Shown here: piece by piece, positions 28,064-32,000 of the stretch | Layout: each line of letters begins with the position of its first letter | How positions within the stretch are numbered: the first letter of the stretch is position 1 | Assembly: GCF_002075285.3 (NCBI RefSeq) | Contig: NZ_CP021983.2 | Span: 4,020,001 to 4,052,000, forward strand | Direction: 5' to 3' | Length of the DNA: 32,000 bases | Source: Halomicronema hongdechloris C2206 | GTDB taxonomy: Bacteria > Cyanobacteriota > Cyanobacteriia > Phormidesmidales > Phormidesmidaceae | Position numbers and translations under genes: made by a program | Notes under the pieces: generated by a model | What the model was told of the DNA's origin: nothing | Seen by the model: the letters and a program-made list of their open reading frames with translations, nothing else | Databases searched by the model: none

Positions 28064-28840
28064 TTAAGTGCGTAAAAATAACTTGGCTATCAGCTCAGTA
28101 CGACTTGAAACATCAAGCTTCCGAAAAATCCGCTTCAAAGCTTGCTTAACGCCATTTTCGCTGATCCAAAGTTTTGTACCGATTTCGGTGTTGGTTAATC
28201 CTTTAGCTACGAAAGTAGCAATTTCTTGTTCACGCTTGGTAAGGCTAGTGAAACTTGTTTTTGATAAAAAGCCAGATATTTTTGGCTGAACTGACCTATG
28301 AGCCGTAAGACGCGTTGACAGATGAGTGCATATTGCATTAAAGTCCATTAGGTCATCTACAGTAAATGCTGAGATCTTCTTTCCACGCGCCAAATTAAGC
28401 GTTCCGATAAGACGACCATTCCCTATAATGGGGCCAGTCATGATATGTTCCTGGTCATATCGTGAGCTAACGTGCCGATACAACGAGCTTTGCTTCCAGC
28501 ATCTTTCTGTTAAAATAAATTGCTCATGTATTGGAACATGCCGCTCAATCACAAAGTTTAGGATTGAATCCATACTACGACCAATTTGCTCATAATAATC
28601 AATAAAAGAATCAGGCAAACCCTTAATATATGCTTGGATTGGGACATAGTTTTCATCTAATAGATAGAAGCCACAATGTTTTGCTCCGAAGTATTCATCT
28701 GCAAAGTCCATAAAAATTAGTCGTAGCTCTTCTTCATTAGAGGAGTGTAAAAAAGCTTGAAAAATTTTATTGAGATTATTATTCATCAACGACTCCAGAC
28801 AGTTTTCGAGATCTAACGACAGAATGAGGGCTTCAGTCAT
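28064..28840 (-). CDS. LuxR-family transcriptional regulator with N-terminal GAF/ligand-binding-like domain
   Basis: This is a 258-aa ATG ORF. The C-terminal LuxR-type HTH is LTKREQEIATFVAKGLTNTEIGTKLWISENGVKQALKRIFRKLDVSSRTELI. The ~190-aa N-terminal sensor-like domain ends ...GNGRLIGTLNLARGKKISAFTVDDL. The DNA is conspicuously AT-rich: two 60-nt lines I hand-counted were 33% and 43% GC. Confidence 0.8.
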   Translation of the reverse strand: MTEALILSLDLENCLESLMNNNLNKIFQAFLHSSNEEELRLIFMDFADEYFGAKHCGFYLLDENYVPIQAYIKGLPDSFIDYYEQIGRSMDSILNFVIERHVPIHEQFILTERCWKQSSLYRHVSSRYDQEHIMTGPIIGNGRLIGTLNLARGKKISAFTVDDLMDFNAICTHLSTRLTAHRSVQPKISGFLSKTSFTSLTKREQEIATFVAKGLTNTEIGTKLWISENGVKQALKRIFRKLDVSSRTELIAKLFLRT

Positions 28841-28890
28841 CTTCTGCCAGGGGATAGGAACGAGATATCAAGGGGTTCAGCGCCCCTTCA

Positions 28891-28900
28891 GACAATTGTC
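28891..28900. promoter_or_regulatory. perfect 10-bp palindrome GACAATTGTC upstream of the LuxR-type gene (candidate operator)
   Basis: Read directly from the sequence, 51-60 nt upstream of the ATG at 28840. It lies next to the hairpin AAGGGG-N7-CCCCTT (28870-28888). The function is inferred only. Confidence 0.3.
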
Positions 28901-29010
28901 CGGACTGTTGATTCATGTTAGGGAATTCCCAAAAATAAAAACGCTCAAATAAGATAGTAAACTAAATATTGTGCTCGCAGAAAATAAAAGACTAATAAGC
29001 TGTCGCGCAT

Positions 29011-29802
29011 CTAAAATGCATTAACAGCGTTTCCCTTATTCTTGAGCTTGCGGTCCCACTTTATAATCAACTCTCCCTCATTGAGTAGCTTATTTACCAG
29101 AGCCTCAAGCTCTTCTATGGACTTAAACAGACGACCAGAAATATATTCCTTTGCCGAATGCCAAACTAATTCTATGAGGTTATAGTCCGGACTGTATTCG
29201 GGTAGAAACTCTAACACCAAATTAGACATCTCTAATTTTATCTTTTCAATAAATTCCTCCTTTTCATGAATACTGGCATTATCCAGAATGATGACTATCT
29301 TAGGACTCTCCTTCTCGAAATCAGCAATCTCTCTACCCTCACTCACCCACTCATACTTGACTTCTTCATAAAATCCCTTAAGAACTTTGTAGAAATTCTC
29401 TCCTGTCCCCTTTGCCAGAAAGTCAACCAGTCGCTTCTTGTCTGAAAAGCGGACTCCTCCCATCACACTTACCCTACCCTTTCTGCGGATCCCTGAAACC
29501 TTTTTGCGACTTCCTTTTTTGGTCCAAAGTTTTCGACGAATTACTCTTAAACTAAAGCCACACTCATCCCAAAACCATACCTGCAGCCTATCTGGCGTCT
29601 CTTTTGTAATTCTTAAATATTCATCTAACTTAGCCTTAAATAGTTTGCGCTTCTCTGGATCTTGCTTATCCTCTAAGCTATACTTAGCCCAGAGGAAAAC
29701 GTACTGTACTTTTTTGACTTTAGTATTCTCCTGATCTGGCTTCCACTTAAGCGAATCCCTGTTTCTTGTTCCAGATAAACCGATAAGCGTGCAGCCGTCC
29801 AT
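29011..29802 (-). CDS. IS630-family transposase, DDE catalytic part (orfB, expressed by -1 frameshift fusion)
   Basis: The DD(34)E-type motifs are VWFWDECGF, VIILDNASIH and LPEYSPDYNLIELVW. The frame is -1 relative to orfA and overlaps it across A_AAA_AAG (plus-strand CTTTTTT, 29709-29715). Confidence 0.75.
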   Translation of the reverse strand: MDGCTLIGLSGTRNRDSLKWKPDQENTKVKKVQYVFLWAKYSLEDKQDPEKRKLFKAKLDEYLRITKETPDRLQVWFWDECGFSLRVIRRKLWTKKGSRKKVSGIRRKGRVSVMGGVRFSDKKRLVDFLAKGTGENFYKVLKGFYEEVKYEWVSEGREIADFEKESPKIVIILDNASIHEKEEFIEKIKLEMSNLVLEFLPEYSPDYNLIELVWHSAKEYISGRLFKSIEELEALVNKLLNEGELIIKWDRKLKNKGNAVNAF

Positions 29803-30128
29803 CTCCCAAATTCATATCCCAACCCTTGCGGATCTTTTTCGATAACCTCTAGCAATAAGTCAACGTATTGATCCGTTGCCTTATGAAAGTTTCCTTTCAT
29901 CCTCTCATCGATCAGGCTATCTAGATTGCTTGGGTCGCCATGCGTACACCAATAGGCTACTTTTCTTAGAGAACAACCAAGAAAATCAGCAATCTCTTGT
30001 TGCGTTTTGCCATCATTGCGTAGTAGAAGAATTAAAATCCTCTCGCGAATATCAGGATGCTCATGGGACTTGAGCTGCTTTTGTAACTCTTGCTTCTCTT
30101 CTGGCGTTAAGTAGTTCTTGATTGGCAT
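29673..30128 (-). CDS. IS630-family transposase, N-terminal HTH part (orfA)
   Basis: This is a 151-aa ATG ORF with two HTH-like segments (DGKTQQEIADFLGCSLRKVAYW; WTAARLSVYLEQETGIRLSGSQIRRILK). It ends shortly after the slippery site. Confidence 0.75.
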   Translation of the reverse strand: MPIKNYLTPEEKQELQKQLKSHEHPDIRERILILLLRNDGKTQQEIADFLGCSLRKVAYWCTHGDPSNLDSLIDERMKGNFHKATDQYVDLLLEVIEKDPQGLGYEFGRWTAARLSVYLEQETGIRLSGSQIRRILKSKKYSTFSSGLSIA

Positions 30129-30180
30129 AGCTAACCTACTTGAATCATACCTTATGATACGTAATTTAGATGATGCCTAA

Positions 30181-30513
30181 CAGCTTATCTACGATGCGCC
30201 CACCTATAAAGAGGCCCAGCAGCGCAAAAAAGCCTTTGTTGATAAGTGGCAGGAACTGGAACCCGATGCCATCCATGCCTTCCAGTGGGGACTCCAGCGA
30301 ACCTTTACTTTCTATCAACTCGACGAGTCTTGGCATCGCTGGGTTCGCACGACCAATGCCCTCGAACGATTTTTTCGAGAATTTCGAGCCAAGGCAGATG
30401 AAATTGGAGCCTTCCCCAATGAGCACAGTTGTTTGACTTTGTTCTTTTTGGTGGTTCAGCTAGACCACGCTAAACATGACCGACCCGCTGTGGCGAATAA
30501 ATCGAGACACTAA
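30181..30513 (+). pseudogene. IS256-family (Mutator-like) transposase, C-terminal remnant only
   Basis: The frame has no start codon and reads LIYDAPTYKEAQQRKKAFVDKWQELEPDAIHAFQWGLQRTFTFYQLDESWHRWVRTTNALERFFREFRAKADEIGAFPNEHSCLTLFFLVV...*. It carries the IS256 signature RTTNxLERxxRExR...FPNE. It begins exactly at the IS630 right end and has no N-terminal two-thirds. Confidence 0.7.
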
Positions 30514-30582
30514 CGGACAAGGAGGTCAACGTATGGCAGAAAGAGAGTTGGGATTGACGTGAAAACATTCTAGATGATCTTT

Positions 30583-31901
30583 CTACTGTCATCAATTTCG
30601 CTCAAACTATGACCTGGAGCTGGTTGACTGACAATAGTTGATGGTCGAACGCCTGAAACGCTTGTGAGACAGAGCTTTGAGGGACATGGGAAAACTGAGT
30701 GGGAGTTGGCATTCTAAGATTAGATACCACTCACAATCCTGAATGCTGTGAAAAAACCTCCCGCCTCTACCATGCCTTGAAATCCTGGATGGGTCAATCC
30801 AATGCATGGGCTCACCTGACCCATCTGACCACGTGTCTCTGGATGGTGGTCGCTCTGAGTCAGACCGGGGAGGTGAACTTAACCCGTTGGCTACCCTATA
30901 TCCCGTGCCGAGGGTGGCAGGCGCAAAGTAAACAGCGACGGCTCAGTCGGTGGTTGCATAACTGTCGCCTCAATGTTCAGCGGTTTTACAAACCGCTGAT
31001 TCAAGCTGCCTTAGCCGACTGGCAAGAGGACGTACTCTATTTGAGCTTAGACACCTCGATGTTTTGGGACCAGTCCTGTTTGCTCCGTCTGGCGGTGGTG
31101 CATCGGGGACGGGCGTTGCCAGTGGTCTGGCGGGTCCTCGAACGGCAAAGTGCCTCCGTTTCATTCCACGAGTATCGCGAGATGCTCTACCAGGCGGTGA
31201 ACCGCTTACCCAAGGGCGTCAAGTGGTGGTGCTGGCGGATCGAGGCTGTGTGCATACTGACTGCATGCGAGCGATGAGCACCCAACTCGGCTGGCACTAC
31301 CGCATACGCCTCAAACGAGCACCTGGATTTGGCGAGTAGGCAAAGGCTGGCGGCCGTTGAAGGACTTTCGCCTGAATCGGGGCGAAGCGCTTTGCTTTCA
31401 CAACGTCAAACTCCATAAAAGTCAGTGGTTTGGCCCGGTTCATGTGGCCTTTGGTCGCAACAACGTCAACGGTGAGTTTTGGGCCATCGTCAGCGATGAA
31501 CCGACCTCTCTGAAGACCTTCGAGGAATACGGCTTGAGGTTTGATATTGAGGAGACTTTCCTGGATGAGCAGTCCAATGGCTGGAATGTACAGCAATCAG
31601 AACTTCGCTCCGTCTGTGCCCTCTCTCGCCTCTGGTTTATCCTGGCGGTCGCGACTCTCTAGGTCTCTGCTCAAGGGGTTGAGGTGGTCAAATCGGGCAA
31701 ACGAGGTTGGGTCGACCCCCACTGGTTGCGGGGCAACAGCTATTTCCGCATCGGTTGGGATTGGGTTAAAACGGCTTTGGAGACGGGTTGGCGGCTCATT
31801 CGACGGGTGCACTTTACCAGCAACCGAGATCCGCAACCGGCTATGGCCTCCCGAAAGCAATAAGTAGGGCAGGTATAAAAAGCCGATGTTTGTGACAATA
31901 G
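30583..31901 (+). mobile_element. IS4-family insertion sequence, decayed copy (boundaries tentative)
   Basis: The candidate terminal inverted repeats are CTACTGTCATCAATTTCG (30583-30600) and the reverse complement of CGATGTTTGTGACAATAG (31884-31901), which is CTATTGTCACAAACATCG. They match at 13/18 positions. I saw no target duplication. Confidence 0.4.
30699..31863 (+). pseudogene. IS4-family DDE transposase, pseudogene (two frameshifts plus one in-frame TAG)
   Basis: Three frames must be joined. The first runs to ...YQAVNRLPKGVK, with a shift near 31219. The second reads VVVLADRGCVHTDCMRAMSTQLGWHYRIRLKR, with a shift near 31318. The third reads STWIWRVGKGWRPLKDFRLNRGEALCFHNV...WFILAVATL, then TAG (31660-31662), then VSAQGVEVVKSGKRGWVDPHWLRGNSYFRIGWDWV...*. 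Motifs LSLDTSMFW and VLADRG fit a DDE_Tnp_1/IS4 transposase. Confidence 0.7.
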
Positions 31902-31906
31902 ATTAA

Positions 31907-31940
31907 GCAGCTTTAACATCTACGCAGCTTTAACATCTAC
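31907..31940. repeat. perfect tandem duplication, 2 x 17 bp (GCAGCTTTAACATCTAC)
   Basis: Read directly from the sequence: units at 31907-31923 and 31924-31940, just outside the putative IS4 right end. Confidence 0.9.
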
Positions 31941-32000
31941 ATAGTGAGTGGAGTGGCCATTTTTCTCCCCCCTGTCTTCTAAGCCAATAACAACGTTGTA

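Larger units (their letters stand above)
28998..30185 (-). mobile_element. IS630-family insertion sequence, apparently intact, flanked by TA/TA
   Basis: The left end is AGCTGTCGCGCATC-TAAAATGC. The reverse complement of the right end is AGCTGTTAGGCATCATCTAAATTAC, so the ends share AGCTGT...GCATC...TAAA. A TA lies immediately outside both ends (28996-28997 and 30186-30187), as expected for an IS630/Tc1 target duplication. The element is 1188 bp, AT-rich, and contains a two-frame transposase. Confidence 0.6.

Noticed and set aside
30533-30562. A strong Shine-Dalgarno-like AAGGAGG plus ATG at 30533, after the IS256 remnant.
   Set aside because: The ORF is only 9 codons (MAERELGLT*). It is most likely fortuitous, or a remnant inside IS256 terminal DNA.

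Overview
This is a cyanobacterial chromosomal segment. The evidence is 11 hand-found copies of the HIP1 palindrome GCGATCGC, a Calvin-cycle-type gap2, csaB, a Ycf49-like/DUF3593 gene pair and a CruA-like flavoprotein. All family names below come from motif recognition by eye; no database search was run.

Positions 1-26.2 kb are core genome. In order they carry: a conserved unknown protein; a CruA-like FAD oxidoreductase; a Pro/Ser-rich coiled-coil protein; csaB; the DUF2499/DUF3593 pair; DUF924; an ABC1/UbiB kinase; a DUF4278-like membrane protein; phosphomannomutase/phosphoglucomutase; a TPR protein; gap2; and a co-directional run of murC, murB, ybaB, a low-Mr phosphotyrosine phosphatase, a DUF1400 alpha/beta hydrolase, truB and an acidic protein.

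Two regions stand out:
- 12.35-16.14 kb (minus strand) looks like one ~3.8 kb polytopic membrane-protein gene broken into tiled ORFs by serial frameshifts.
- 26.2-32 kb is an insertion-sequence junkyard with no HIP1 copies. It holds a dead ISKra4-like copy, an apparently live AT-rich IS630-family element (TA target duplication, A_AAA_AAG -1 frameshift site), an IS256 transposase stump and a dead IS4-family copy. An AT-rich, evidently foreign GAF/ligand-domain + LuxR-HTH regulator gene is trapped between them.

The same 7-bp unit CTGCCTT forms tandem (STRR-like) arrays in two unrelated intergenic regions. The gap2 leader carries a tandem 11-mer.

I found no rRNA, tRNA, CRISPR array or recognisable defence/toxin system. 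I cannot honestly point to a clear novel multi-gene system. The strongest candidates for follow-up are the LuxR-type cargo gene, the shattered membrane gene and the heptamer arrays.
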